NCBI RefSeq assembly: GCF_000014265.1
Contig: NC_008312.1
Location: forward strand, 210,001 to 242,000
Direction of reading: 5' to 3'
Length of the DNA: 32,000 bases
Source of the DNA: Trichodesmium erythraeum IMS101
Lineage (GTDB): Bacteria > Cyanobacteriota > Cyanobacteriia > Cyanobacteriales > Microcoleaceae
This document shows positions 1-9,181 of the stretch, one piece after another (positions within the stretch are counted from its first letter, which is position 1; every line of letters begins with the position of its first letter). A program made the translations under genes and the position numbers. The notes beneath the pieces are model-generated. The model was not told the DNA's origin, made no database searches, and saw nothing but the letters and a program-made list of their open reading frames with translations.

Positions 1-21
1 AATAAAAATAGTATTAATTCG

Positions 22-882
22 ATGAAAGTAATCGCTGTTTATCATAATAAAGGTGGAGTTGGAAAAACGACAACAGTAGTTAATTTAGCTGCTGCATTGA
101 GTAAAAAAGGTTATCGAGTTTTGGTTATAGACTTAGATAGTCAGGCGAATACAACTTTTGCAACCGGTCTAATTAAATTTAGTGATGAGCAATTTGATGA
201 TATAAAAGACTCCTATATTTATCATGTTTTGAGGTATGATGAATATTCTAGTATTTCGGAAGTATCTAGAGTTTCTAGGTTTAATGATCCAGAAATTGAT
301 GTAGTTCCTTCTCATATAAATTTAATGGATGTTGAAGGTGAGTTGAACGGTCTAAGAAGTACTCAAACTGCACTAATAAAAAAATTAAAACTCGTAGAAG
401 AAAAATATGATGTTGTTCTAATAGATACCCCACCTTCTTTGAATTTATATGCCTTTGTTCCTTTAGTCAGTGCTAACTATTTAATTATTCCTTCAGACTT
501 AAAACCATTTGCTAATCAAGGTTTATTTAATGTTAAAAATTATCTTCAGCGGGATGTTAACCCCTTTCGGCAAATGATGAATAAACCAGATATAGAAATA
601 TTAGGTGTACTGCCTTGTAAAATTAACCCTAATCATAGATTTGTACAACATACATTACCAAAACAGATTCAAGCAGTTTCTAAGCGTTACGATCTTAATA
701 TTATGGAAACGGTTATATTTCAAAGAGAAGAACTTGCTAGGTGTGTTGATAAAACTCGTGAAGTTGGAAATTTGTTGATACCTGAACCTAGCTCTATATT
801 TGACTATGCACTAGATTCTTCTTCTTCCCAAGAGTTTGAGTCATTAGCAAAAGAAGTATTAAACAAAATTGGACTACAATAA
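22..882 (+). CDS. parA: ParA/Soj-family partition ATPase
   Basis: 286-aa ORF. It has an N-terminal deviant Walker A with signature lysine (NKGGVGKTT), LVIDLDSQAN and VLIDTPPS motifs. Its stop shares one nucleotide with the next start (TAATG at 880-884), suggesting translational coupling. Confidence 0.9.
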   Translation: MKVIAVYHNKGGVGKTTTVVNLAAALSKKGYRVLVIDLDSQANTTFATGLIKFSDEQFDDIKDSYIYHVLRYDEYSSISEVSRVSRFNDPEIDVVPSHINLMDVEGELNGLRSTQTALIKKLKLVEEKYDVVLIDTPPSLNLYAFVPLVSANYLIIPSDLKPFANQGLFNVKNYLQRDVNPFRQMMNKPDIEILGVLPCKINPNHRFVQHTLPKQIQAVSKRYDLNIMETVIFQREELARCVDKTREVGNLLIPEPSSIFDYALDSSSSQEFESLAKEVLNKIGLQ

Positions 883-1856
883 TGTTATTATCTCCAGAAT
901 TTTTACTTGTAAAAGAAATTACTTCTAATGTATCTCGTTCCGAGTTTTCAGAGTCAGATTTAGAACAAGTTGCTCGGTTAATTTTAAAAGCTGAAGGTAC
1001 AATTAAACCTCTAGTTGTACGTACTATTGGTTGGGAATCTTACGAAGTAGTTAACGGACATTTTGAGTATTATGCTGCACTTAGAGCAAAAGAAATAAAT
1101 CCTCGTGATGGGGAAAGAATAGGAGCATTTATTATTGAAGGTCATAAAGCAGATGTGTTAGAAGAACAGGTGAAAATGCTCAGGAATATTTATCCTATAT
1201 CTGAGGACTTTATGAAAATTCCTAGAAATATTTCTCCTGTATCTGAAGCTCCTACAATTCAAGAAGAAGGTAGAATCAATTTAAGTAATTTAGATAAGCT
1301 GCTAGATCAAAAATTGCAATTAATAACAACAAAGTTAGATCGATTAAATGCATCATCTCCTATTGATTATCAATCTCAAGAAAATAAGATCATAGAGCAA
1401 AAACTGGAGAATATTGAAAGTAAAGTTAACCAGTTATTACCAAAAACAAATATCACAGAAATTGAGGAAATTCTGAATAATAAACTAGAAATTATACGTC
1501 AAAAAATTAGTAATCTATCTAAGCAGGAAGCTTTAGATATATTAGCAAAAAATAAAACAGCTTTAAATCGATATTTAGAAGCTATTGATCGTGAATCTAA
1601 TCAACTACAAAGAGTTAATTTGTTAACAGTAGAAACAGAAGAGGAAATCCAACAAGCTTTCCAGCGTAACAATATAAGAGGAGGAAATGAGGCATGGAAA
1701 GCAATTGAATATTGGCGAAAACCAGGTAAAAAGCTGACATGGGAAAATTTAGAAAAATCAGCAAAGACAGCAAGAAAAGGTCATCAAGATAAAATACAAG
1801 GATTTGCAAAAGGTACTTACAACAATTTAAAAAAGATTGGCTATATACCTGATTAA
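882..1856 (+). CDS. Atypical ParB/Srx-like partner protein: ParB N-terminal fold, coiled coil, ComEA-like helix-hairpin-helix C-terminus
   Basis: 324-aa ORF coupled to parA. The N-terminus resembles the ParB/Srx domain (IKPLVVRTIGWESYEVVNGHFEYYAALRA), but the GERRxRA arginine box is replaced by GHFEYYA. The middle is heptad-rich. The C-terminus (VNLLTVETEEEI...IRGGNEAWKAIEYWRKPGKKLTWENL...IQGFAKGTYNNLKK) resembles the ComEA HhH pattern. Confidence 0.65.
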   Translation: MLLSPEFLLVKEITSNVSRSEFSESDLEQVARLILKAEGTIKPLVVRTIGWESYEVVNGHFEYYAALRAKEINPRDGERIGAFIIEGHKADVLEEQVKMLRNIYPISEDFMKIPRNISPVSEAPTIQEEGRINLSNLDKLLDQKLQLITTKLDRLNASSPIDYQSQENKIIEQKLENIESKVNQLLPKTNITEIEEILNNKLEIIRQKISNLSKQEALDILAKNKTALNRYLEAIDRESNQLQRVNLLTVETEEEIQQAFQRNNIRGGNEAWKAIEYWRKPGKKLTWENLEKSAKTARKGHQDKIQGFAKGTYNNLKKIGYIPD

Positions 1857-1991
1857 TTGTGAAAAAATAATTACTAATTAATAAATAATCAGCTTTTCTT
1901 TTTTTTTACTTTTGGTAAAAAAAGAATGCTTAACTTGGGTGAAACTTCAATTATTAAGTAATTAAAATATGCTTAATAGCTTTTTTGATAA

Positions 1992-2114
1992 CTATAGCAA
2001 TTCTCAATTATTTTAGAGAAATTATTATATGTAGTCAAATCAGGTACCCTAAACAATTGTACTTTTCCATGATACCTCATTATTTATCTTCAAAATCATT
2101 TAGGATTAGTATAG
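1992..2114. repeat. MITE family A, copy 1 (~123 bp, TIR ctatagcaattctcaa / ttaggattagtatag)
   Basis: It shares its ends and an internal block (cttttccatgatacct...ttcaaaatcatttaggattagtata) with 6959-7086. The termini are inverted repeats. Confidence 0.6.
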
Positions 2115-2310
2115 CAGATCAAAAGAGTGTTTTTTTTCTCACAGGGTGATATGAAATCTTTTCCTATTCTAGAAGTCAAGAAACCTTGTCTTGTACTTAG
2201 AAATGGGTTTCTATAGCAAATCCAGAATAGAGAGAGCATCCTAAGTTTTTGTTAGATCGCTATACTATTCATGACTTGTAAATCATTAGACATCTCCAAT
2301 AACAAAAAAG

Positions 2311-2334
2311 ACAGGACTTACGCAAAGACAATAT
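2311..2334. repeat. Solo IS630-type terminal inverted repeat
   Basis: The reverse complement (atattgtctttgcgtaagtcctgt) matches 20 of 24 nt of the left end of the decayed IS630-like copy at 26603-26627. It is followed by a TA-rich target-like sequence. Confidence 0.35.
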
Positions 2335-2925
2335 ATATAGTTCATGACAAAAAAAGCGCGATCTTCATGCTCTGCTTTATCCGCGCTCGGTACTTTGCCA
2401 CACGGAGCAAAACCTTAACTATTTTTATTCAAAAACACTTTAGTTATTCTTAATTGAAGGATATTTCAATTCTGAGGCCAAACTCATCTGATAATAATTC
2501 GTTGCAATTCTTGGTAAATATTTTTGCCGGAATTTATGTGCAAATGTTTTTCAAAAATTTTATACGTTCCATCTCACAAGCCTAAAGATTTTTTGAATTA
2601 TCTCCAAACATCACCCTACATGCGTCTTAGACATGTTAATTGTTTAATGCTAGGGTAAAATTCTTCAATTTTCCATCTGGTTTGATATTCAAATTCATAG
2701 CTTTTAGTGATGATTGACTTAAGTCATTAGTTACAATATACTCGGCTGTTGTTGGTAGATACAGTTGCCTGTATGGAGCTTAACTTTTTGTTCCGAAAGG
2801 AATTTCTTTTATCTTAATTATTTTACCCACTATTTTCTCGGAATTATTCCAATTTCATTGGACAACTTTAACTTCCCACCTTCTGCGTTATAAATTCTGA
2901 CTTTTGAATTCTGCCGTAACAACTC

Positions 2926-4536
2926 TCATCGCTGAATTTGATTTTTGTATATATTCTCCTCTTTTACAAAAGCAGCATCTAGTTGATCCAATAATTTTTC
3001 AATCTTTTCCTTTGCCTGTTTGCTAGTAGATGGTTGTTTATTTAACCATGACATTGCCCTTTTTCGGCCTTTTTGACTTGCGACAATTAGAGTACCCCAA
3101 GCTATCGCATTCATTTCCTCTCTATTTACTTTAATAGTTGCGTCAACTCTTTTGCGGAGACGACCAGTATCATTTTGCAGTAATTTAGCAATATCATAAT
3201 TGCTGCTCAAATTATTTTCAAACACATCTAGACTTTGTTGCCAACGACCATCTATTAAACCAGCTAAAACTTTTTGACTTGGGCTTGCCCAGGAGGCGAT
3301 CGCCTGAGCTTCTGTAATATTGGCATGAAACTTAATCAAATCAAACTGAGCTTGTGCCTTTTTCGACCATTTAGATTTATTTATTAAATTCTTTCGCAAA
3401 GGTTCAATTAAAGGAAAAGCAGGAGACCATAAACCATTACGAGCTAACCCCAGAGCATCTCTATAATATGCATCCCCAATAGGAGTTTCATCAAGGGAAA
3501 TTTTCTCCAACTCAATGGGATTAAGTATAAACTTTCGCGGTTGAATCCAATAAATATCAAAATTAGGATCTAACCCCACAGTTTGCTCGATCACTAGTTC
3601 TGGATCTTCCCCACCAGTCATTTCCTGCCAGATCGGAGCTTGACCAGCAGCACTTTTCCACTCCAACATGGAACTTAAGTAATTTCTAGTGGGATTATAA
3701 TTAATAATTTGCCCATAAGGAATAGCTTTATTATTTTGTAATCTCTGACCACTGACAGTAAACCAAACTCCTGAGGCAGGAACTTTGCCTTGAAACTGAC
3801 GTACTGTTGTTATAGGTAAAGGTTGATTTGAACCTAGAAGAGCAGAAGCAGATTCAATAGTAGATTCAATTACAAAAGATTCAGCCGGACCTTCTAGTGG
3901 TAATTTATTAACTAATCGAAAATATGGTTTACTGCCTTCTCGTTGATTAACAGATAAAACTGATTGATAGACCCGCAATTCTACTACTTCCCGACAGGGA
4001 GTTTCACAGGGCAAAGATGCTCTAGATTCAATTTGCTTCATTACTGGCACTAATAGATCTGAACTAGAATCTGTTGTTTTATTAGGAAGAGAAAAAGTTT
4101 TTCCAGAGCTAAACCCTTCTTCTTTAATATTAGATTTAATTTGCTCAAGAGTTTTTAAAGATTTATTCCCAGATATGTAGAATTGAGTCCATTGTGGTAA
4201 TATTTGATTGAATAAGACCATAGCGTTTGGATCAGAAATTAACTTGACACTAAGCCATGCTCCCACTGCCATTAAACTAGAACCACCAAATAACAAAGTA
4301 ATTCCTATCCATTCAATTATCCATTTCCGCCAAGGTAAAGATAGCAATTTCAACGAAAGTTTTTGAGACTGAGATGGTCGTCTGCGACGTCTCCTAGATT
4401 TTGTAGTAGAGGTAATTTGACTAATTTGTGTAGCTTTTCTAGTTCTAGGATAATAGTTTTTCTCAACTGTTTGAAAAGCCTTAGGAGATTTCTCTTGTAT
4501 GTAACTAACTTTGGAGTTGTAAATCTTTTTTTTCAT
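2926..4536 (-). CDS. Hypothetical membrane-anchored protein (basic N-terminus, one TM helix, large extracytoplasmic domain)
   Basis: 536-aa ORF. It has an RRRRRR patch, then a hydrophobic helix (WIIEWIGITLLFGGSSLMAVGAWL). Its start shares one nucleotide with the stop of the upstream GT4 gene (TAATG on the minus strand at 4538-4534). I recognise no family motif. Confidence 0.7.
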   Translation of the reverse strand: MKKKIYNSKVSYIQEKSPKAFQTVEKNYYPRTRKATQISQITSTTKSRRRRRRPSQSQKLSLKLLSLPWRKWIIEWIGITLLFGGSSLMAVGAWLSVKLISDPNAMVLFNQILPQWTQFYISGNKSLKTLEQIKSNIKEEGFSSGKTFSLPNKTTDSSSDLLVPVMKQIESRASLPCETPCREVVELRVYQSVLSVNQREGSKPYFRLVNKLPLEGPAESFVIESTIESASALLGSNQPLPITTVRQFQGKVPASGVWFTVSGQRLQNNKAIPYGQIINYNPTRNYLSSMLEWKSAAGQAPIWQEMTGGEDPELVIEQTVGLDPNFDIYWIQPRKFILNPIELEKISLDETPIGDAYYRDALGLARNGLWSPAFPLIEPLRKNLINKSKWSKKAQAQFDLIKFHANITEAQAIASWASPSQKVLAGLIDGRWQQSLDVFENNLSSNYDIAKLLQNDTGRLRKRVDATIKVNREEMNAIAWGTLIVASQKGRKRAMSWLNKQPSTSKQAKEKIEKLLDQLDAAFVKEENIYKNQIQR

Positions 4537-5744
4537 TATCCTAGTAATACCCTTTCATACCGCTGACCTTGAATTTTCCAAGTATACTCGGTTTCTACCA
4601 GTGATCGCCCGTTTTCTGACAACGTTTGTCTTAACTGCCTATCCTCAAATAACCGACCAATGGCTTCTACATATTCTTCTACATAATTTGCCCTTAATGC
4701 TCTTAGTGGTTTACCTGCACCATCAACTGCTAATCCTTCCAAACCACGATTGCTGGCCACAACAGGTGTACCTGCTGCCATTGCCTCTAAGGTTTTATTT
4801 TTAATTCCAAAACCAGTGCGCATAGGAATTACACAAATTGTAGCCTGATGTAAATATTCTGCTATTGAAGGTACGCGGCCCGTAACTTTTACCCCTGGGC
4901 GAGTCGAATATTCCTGTACTTCTCGTACTGGTCTTGCCCCTACCAATGCTAAGGTTGTATCAGGATAACGTTCTTGTACCCTAGGCAATATCTCTAGAGT
5001 CAGAAACCGAACTGCATCAATATTAGGAAAATTATCTATAGCTCCCACAAAAATTAATTGCTTTCCTCCTGGGTCGCTACTACGACAAGGAAAATGACTA
5101 AGATCTACCCCATTCGGAATAACTGAAATTTGACTATTGGGGCTAAATTCCTTTAGTTGTTTCCCATCTTCTTCAGTTGTGGCAATTATAAAGGAAAATT
5201 TTGAGCAATAACGTTTTTCATAACGCAGGAGTAGGGGAAGATTCAGTCTATCTCGCAAAGGCTTCTCTGCTATGCCAGTTTCCAACTGTTGCCGACAAGT
5301 GCCATAAACTGAACTGTGGACATTAACTAGGGTTTTGACTTTCTCCTGCCATTGATGACGAATATAAATTTCATTAACGGAATGTTCGCAAGTAATGGCC
5401 TCACATCTACCTGCTCCCACAAACTCATCTACCCACTTTTGCATTTCTGGCGAATATATAGAGATAACGCTGGGTGGAGTACCTTCTATTATAAAATTAC
5501 TAAAACGTCTTAGTTTTGCAAAATTTCCTTTTTTAGGCTCTTGAGGGCGGGGAAATATGGCCAATTCTTCTACATAAGATCTCAATGAATCTACTTCTAA
5601 ATTATTGACATCTGGAGAGCTTTGTGTTAGCAAAGTAACAGAGTGTTTCTTGCTCAAAAATTTCAGTAGATTAAATGTTCTAACTTGTGTACCGCCTTTG
5701 CTAGGAGGATAAGGAAAAGTAGAGGAAAGCATTAAGATTTTCAT
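4536..5744 (-). CDS. GT-B fold glycosyltransferase, family 4 (RfaB/WcaL-like)
   Basis: 402-aa ORF. The N-terminus (MKILMLSSTFPYPPSKGGTQV) and the C-terminal nucleotide-sugar binding region (GFGIKNKTLEAMAAGTPVVASNRGLEGL) are typical of GT4 enzymes. Confidence 0.9.
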   Translation of the reverse strand: MKILMLSSTFPYPPSKGGTQVRTFNLLKFLSKKHSVTLLTQSSPDVNNLEVDSLRSYVEELAIFPRPQEPKKGNFAKLRRFSNFIIEGTPPSVISIYSPEMQKWVDEFVGAGRCEAITCEHSVNEIYIRHQWQEKVKTLVNVHSSVYGTCRQQLETGIAEKPLRDRLNLPLLLRYEKRYCSKFSFIIATTEEDGKQLKEFSPNSQISVIPNGVDLSHFPCRSSDPGGKQLIFVGAIDNFPNIDAVRFLTLEILPRVQERYPDTTLALVGARPVREVQEYSTRPGVKVTGRVPSIAEYLHQATICVIPMRTGFGIKNKTLEAMAAGTPVVASNRGLEGLAVDGAGKPLRALRANYVEEYVEAIGRLFEDRQLRQTLSENGRSLVETEYTWKIQGQRYERVLLG

Positions 5745-5799
5745 AAGGATTCAAAATTGTTTAACTCACATATAATGAGGACGATCAAAAGCTTGTATT

Positions 5800-6867
5800 A
5801 TGAACATTATGTTAATTGGGTATTATGGCTATCATAACATTGGAGATGATTTGTTCGTTAAGCAACTTACTAATTACTTAGCTAGCAAACAAAAAGTTAA
5901 AAATATTTTTATTTTAGGTGCAGAAAACTATTATAAATTTGAGAGTACAAAGGTTTTTTATTTTGCTAATAATCAATTATCAAAAATTAAGAGGGCTTTA
6001 ATACTATTGAAAAGTGATTATATTGCTTGGGGTGGAGGAAGTTTAGACTTAGAAAGTAAACCAGGTAACTTATTGAAGTTGCAAACATTATCAAAATTAA
6101 TGGGTAAGCGTTTTGGCTTTCTTGGAGTTGGATTGGAGTCTGTACTTAAGGAAAATAATAGCAAAAGCAAGATCGTCAATATTTTTGAAAAATCAGACTA
6201 TCTATATCTTAGAGATGACTATTCCTATGAAATGGTATTAAAGCAGCTTAAATTTAAGCAATTACCAAGTCTAGGAGGTGATTTAGCTTTCTTAGATTTG
6301 ACTATTTATGAAAAATTTTTAAAGCCATTAAACCAAGAAATTAATATTGCTAATATATCATTTTCTGGCAAAAACTGGTGGGGTGAGAGCAGAGCTAAAT
6401 TTTATTCAAAACAGTTAATGCCTCTAATTAAAAATTATAATTGTGTTATTCATTTGCTGCCTGGACATGTAGGAGAATATAGGGAAAGAAATGATAATCG
6501 TTTCCATGAATTGCTGAAAAAATATCTCCCTTCTACTAATTATAAAATTCATTCCTGGAAAGAACCAGAAGATTTTCTAGAAATTCTGAGCTTGATGAAT
6601 TTCCATATAGGAAATCGTCTCCACTCAATTATACTTGCTGATATACTAGGCATTCCAAATATTGGGATTGGTAGTTATAGATCAAAAATTTTCAATTACA
6701 TTCATAAGACAGATACTCTAGTTAAAGAAAGATTAGTAGATTTTATGAAACCAATATCTATGGAAAGGATAATGACAATTTTTCGTCAATACAAAAAACC
6801 AGAAAAGTTTATATTAAAAGAATTTTCTACCGCCAGGTATTGCCTGGAAAAAATTTTCTTTTCTTAA
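5800..6867 (+). CDS. Polysaccharide pyruvyl transferase family protein (CsaB/WcaK-like)
   Basis: 355-aa ORF. The N-terminal IGYYGYHNIGDDLF motif is characteristic of the PS_pyruv_trans family, and there is a C-terminal NRLHSIILA segment. It is divergent from the GT4 gene across only 55 bp. Confidence 0.75.
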   Translation: MNIMLIGYYGYHNIGDDLFVKQLTNYLASKQKVKNIFILGAENYYKFESTKVFYFANNQLSKIKRALILLKSDYIAWGGGSLDLESKPGNLLKLQTLSKLMGKRFGFLGVGLESVLKENNSKSKIVNIFEKSDYLYLRDDYSYEMVLKQLKFKQLPSLGGDLAFLDLTIYEKFLKPLNQEINIANISFSGKNWWGESRAKFYSKQLMPLIKNYNCVIHLLPGHVGEYRERNDNRFHELLKKYLPSTNYKIHSWKEPEDFLEILSLMNFHIGNRLHSIILADILGIPNIGIGSYRSKIFNYIHKTDTLVKERLVDFMKPISMERIMTIFRQYKKPEKFILKEFSTARYCLEKIFFS

Positions 6868-6958
6868 TTATTTCTTTATCATTTAAGGATGATTTTAGAG
6901 CTAATTTCTCAGTTCAAGCAAAGTCCTTATTTACAAAAGTTTTACCAATAAAACCTAC

Positions 6959-7086
6959 CTATAGCAATCCTAAATAATATTAGAGAAAGTCTCTATAAAA
7001 AAATTTAGTTAAAATTTGTAAAATTAACAATTGAGCTTTTCCATGATACCTGATTTATATTCAAAATCATTTAGGATTAGTATATA
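6959..7086. repeat. MITE family A, copy 2
   Basis: It has ctatagcaatcctaaat at the left end and atttaggattagtata at the right end (inverted), and shares its internal block with 1992-2114. Confidence 0.6.
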
Positions 7087-7587
7087 CTTGATCAGCATCT
7101 ATAAAGTTTGACAAAAAGATTAAAACGTGGGTTGTTGAAAAATATAGTCCGTGGGATGTGCTCGTGAAAAAGGATTGCAGATTCTCAAAAAGGATAGACC
7201 CAACATGAAATAATGCCCTATAATTATAAAAATCAAGATTACCCTTCTACGAGTTATAGAATCTGGCTTAATTGTGTTCAATAAATTGATAGATAAGCCA
7301 ATTTTAGAAAATATTTTCAATCGCCTCAGTAAAAGCTAGAGAGCTTTAACATCTATTTCACCATCACTAAAAATCTTCCCTTATCGGCAATAAATGCGCG
7401 CTATTTGAGCAAGGGTTATTGGTAGTATTGATTCAGTATAAATCTGCTTGTGTATTTTAGTTACAGTACTTTCCATTGCCGGTGAGGTCAAGTTTTGCCA
7501 AGCATATGCCTGCACTACAAAACTTTTGTTACTCAGATTTGTACCTCATTTGTCCGAAACCTGCTGTATCATTCAAAATTAGGTTAA

Positions 7588-7738
7588 TAATAGAGTTGTT
7601 GTGAATTAAGGGAAAAAAATGGCTAAAACCCAAAACAAGTCCAGGTTGAAGTGTGCTTTTGAGTCCTACAATTTTGAAAATTTTTCAGAGTAAGCTTTTG
7701 AGTATTTTCAATTTTCCCACACCAAATAACTCTAATAA
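7588..7738. repeat. MITE family B, copy 1 (~150 bp)
   Basis: It is colinear with 10113-10258 (tagagttgttg.gaattaagg.aaaaatg.ctaaaaccc ... gtaagcttttgag.atttt.aattttcccacacc.aaat..ctcta.taa). The ends are imperfect inverted repeats. A third degenerate inverted copy lies at about 10705-10830. Confidence 0.6.
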
Positions 7739-7881
7739 GTACTTTCCGCTGTTATTAAGTATACATAGCAAGTAAGATGCAAGGGCTACAAGAGTTTTAC
7801 TATTTAAGCCTTGTACCTCATGTGTCCGGAATCTGCTGTATATTAAAGTTCCCTCATAAATTCTGTAATTTTTTATGGCAA

Positions 7882-8829
7882 ATGATAAAAGTTAGTGTTT
7901 GCATCCCCACCTATAACCGAGCAAATTTGCTCCCCTATGCAGTAAATAGTGTTTTGAATCAAACTTACAATGATTTTGAATTAATTATAACTGATGATGG
8001 TTCAACAGATAATACTGCTGAAGTAGTTAGTCAGTGGAATGATTCTAGAATTCGTTATATTAGGCATCCACAAAATATTGGTAAAAGCAATAATATGCGC
8101 TCTGGTTTTAATGCTGCCACAGGTGAATACTTTATCAAATTTGATGATGATGATGGTCTGACCCCAGATTTTTTGGAAAAAACAATTTTCATTCTAGATC
8201 GAAATCCAAGTATTGATTTTGTAGGAACTGACCATTGGGTTATTGATATTAACAATCAACGAGATCAAAAAGTAACCGATAAAAATTCTCAAAAATGGGG
8301 TAGAACTCAACTTTTAGAAGGAAGAGTAAACAATTTACTAGAAATAGTATTTATTAATCAAAGTTTTCAAATTGGTGCAACATTATTCCGTAATAGAACC
8401 CTACAAGAAGTAGGATTTATGCGTCCTAATATACAAAATTGTGAAGATAACGATCTATTTGTCCGTCTAGCTCTAGCAGGAAAAACAGGTTATTATTTGC
8501 CAGAAAAATTAATGGAATATCGTTTTCATCTAGAACAGCATGGAATTAACCGGGCAATTCCTTATCTAACTGATAAGCTAAATTATTTACAACAATTTAA
8601 TTTTAAGTTGAGTAAATTAGAGTCACTTAGAAAGTCAAGACTAGCAGAAACTCAGCTAATGTTGGGACTACTACTAATTGAAACAGGTAAAACTCAAAAA
8701 GGAAGGCATATGGTTTGGGAGCAAAAATCTTTTTCTCCACTAAGAGCGTGGACTGGGCTAGCATTATCTATATTACCTATAGAAACTCGTGAGCTTGCTT
8801 TCAAATTTATACGTAGGCTACGCAGTTAA
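7882..8829 (+). CDS. Family 2 glycosyltransferase (GT-A fold)
   Basis: VSVCIPTYNRANLLPYAVNSVLNQTYNDFELIITDDGSTDNT plus a DDDD (DxD) block. I place the start at the internal ATG 7882 (MIKVSV...), because the 35-codon extension from 7777 runs through a duplicated non-coding repeat. Confidence 0.85.
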   Translation: MIKVSVCIPTYNRANLLPYAVNSVLNQTYNDFELIITDDGSTDNTAEVVSQWNDSRIRYIRHPQNIGKSNNMRSGFNAATGEYFIKFDDDDGLTPDFLEKTIFILDRNPSIDFVGTDHWVIDINNQRDQKVTDKNSQKWGRTQLLEGRVNNLLEIVFINQSFQIGATLFRNRTLQEVGFMRPNIQNCEDNDLFVRLALAGKTGYYLPEKLMEYRFHLEQHGINRAIPYLTDKLNYLQQFNFKLSKLESLRKSRLAETQLMLGLLLIETGKTQKGRHMVWEQKSFSPLRAWTGLALSILPIETRELAFKFIRRLRS

Positions 8830-8885
8830 CAGTCGACTACTGATTAGACTGATTAGGCAGGCTAAGTTGCCTGCACTATAATAAA

Positions 8886-8957
8886 TAGACTTTTCCTCCA
8901 AAAAGTTTTTCAACCCTCATTCTCCCGTTCCTAAATCAGTATTTTTGGAGAGGTCTA
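8886..8957. repeat. 72-bp inverted-repeat element / long hairpin between convergent genes
   Basis: tagacttttcctccaaaaa ... tttttggagaggtcta form arms of about 16 bp around a loop of about 38 nt. It sits between the 3' ends of the GT2 gene and the Rho_N gene. Confidence 0.4.
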
Positions 8958-9181
8958 ATACTTGGGGTTGCATACTTACGGGATGATAATTAGACATCTC
9001 TAAAAACTAAGTTTTAGCCTAGTAATTACAAAAGTTTGAGATTAATTTTCAGAAAGGTCTATTAAATTTATATAAGCTGAAACTATTGATTTTGGGACAG
9101 ACTTTTGGCATATATCAAAGTCATCCCATGATCGTACAACCCCTAATTACTTAACTTTTGATATTCAGGATTAAGCTGATC

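Noticed and set aside
1615-1809. These track ORFs lie antisense or out of frame inside longer genes: 1615-1809(-), 4363-4566(+), 4601-4804(+), 8055-8255(-), 11573-11950(-), 13133-13372(-), 20502-20786(-) and 31039-31293(-).
   Set aside because: Each is fully or mostly embedded in a longer ORF that has recognisable family motifs. Their translations are low-complexity or Leu/Phe/Ile-rich, as expected for shadow frames in AT-rich DNA.
1897-1926. A/T-only hairpin after the ParB-like gene, considered as a rho-independent terminator.
   Set aside because: The stem is almost entirely A-T with two bulged T residues and only two G-C pairs. It is too weak to call without folding energies or 3'-end data.
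2271-2453. 60-aa ORF in the 1857-2925 spacer.
   Set aside because: It runs across the solo IS630-type terminal repeat (2311-2334) and A-runs. It has no RBS and no motif, so it is probably not coding.
7120-7320. 66-aa minus-strand ORF between the pyruvyl transferase and GT2 genes.
   Set aside because: It lies just outside MITE A. It has no RBS or recognisable motif, and its hydrophobic, low-complexity translation is typical of chance ORFs.
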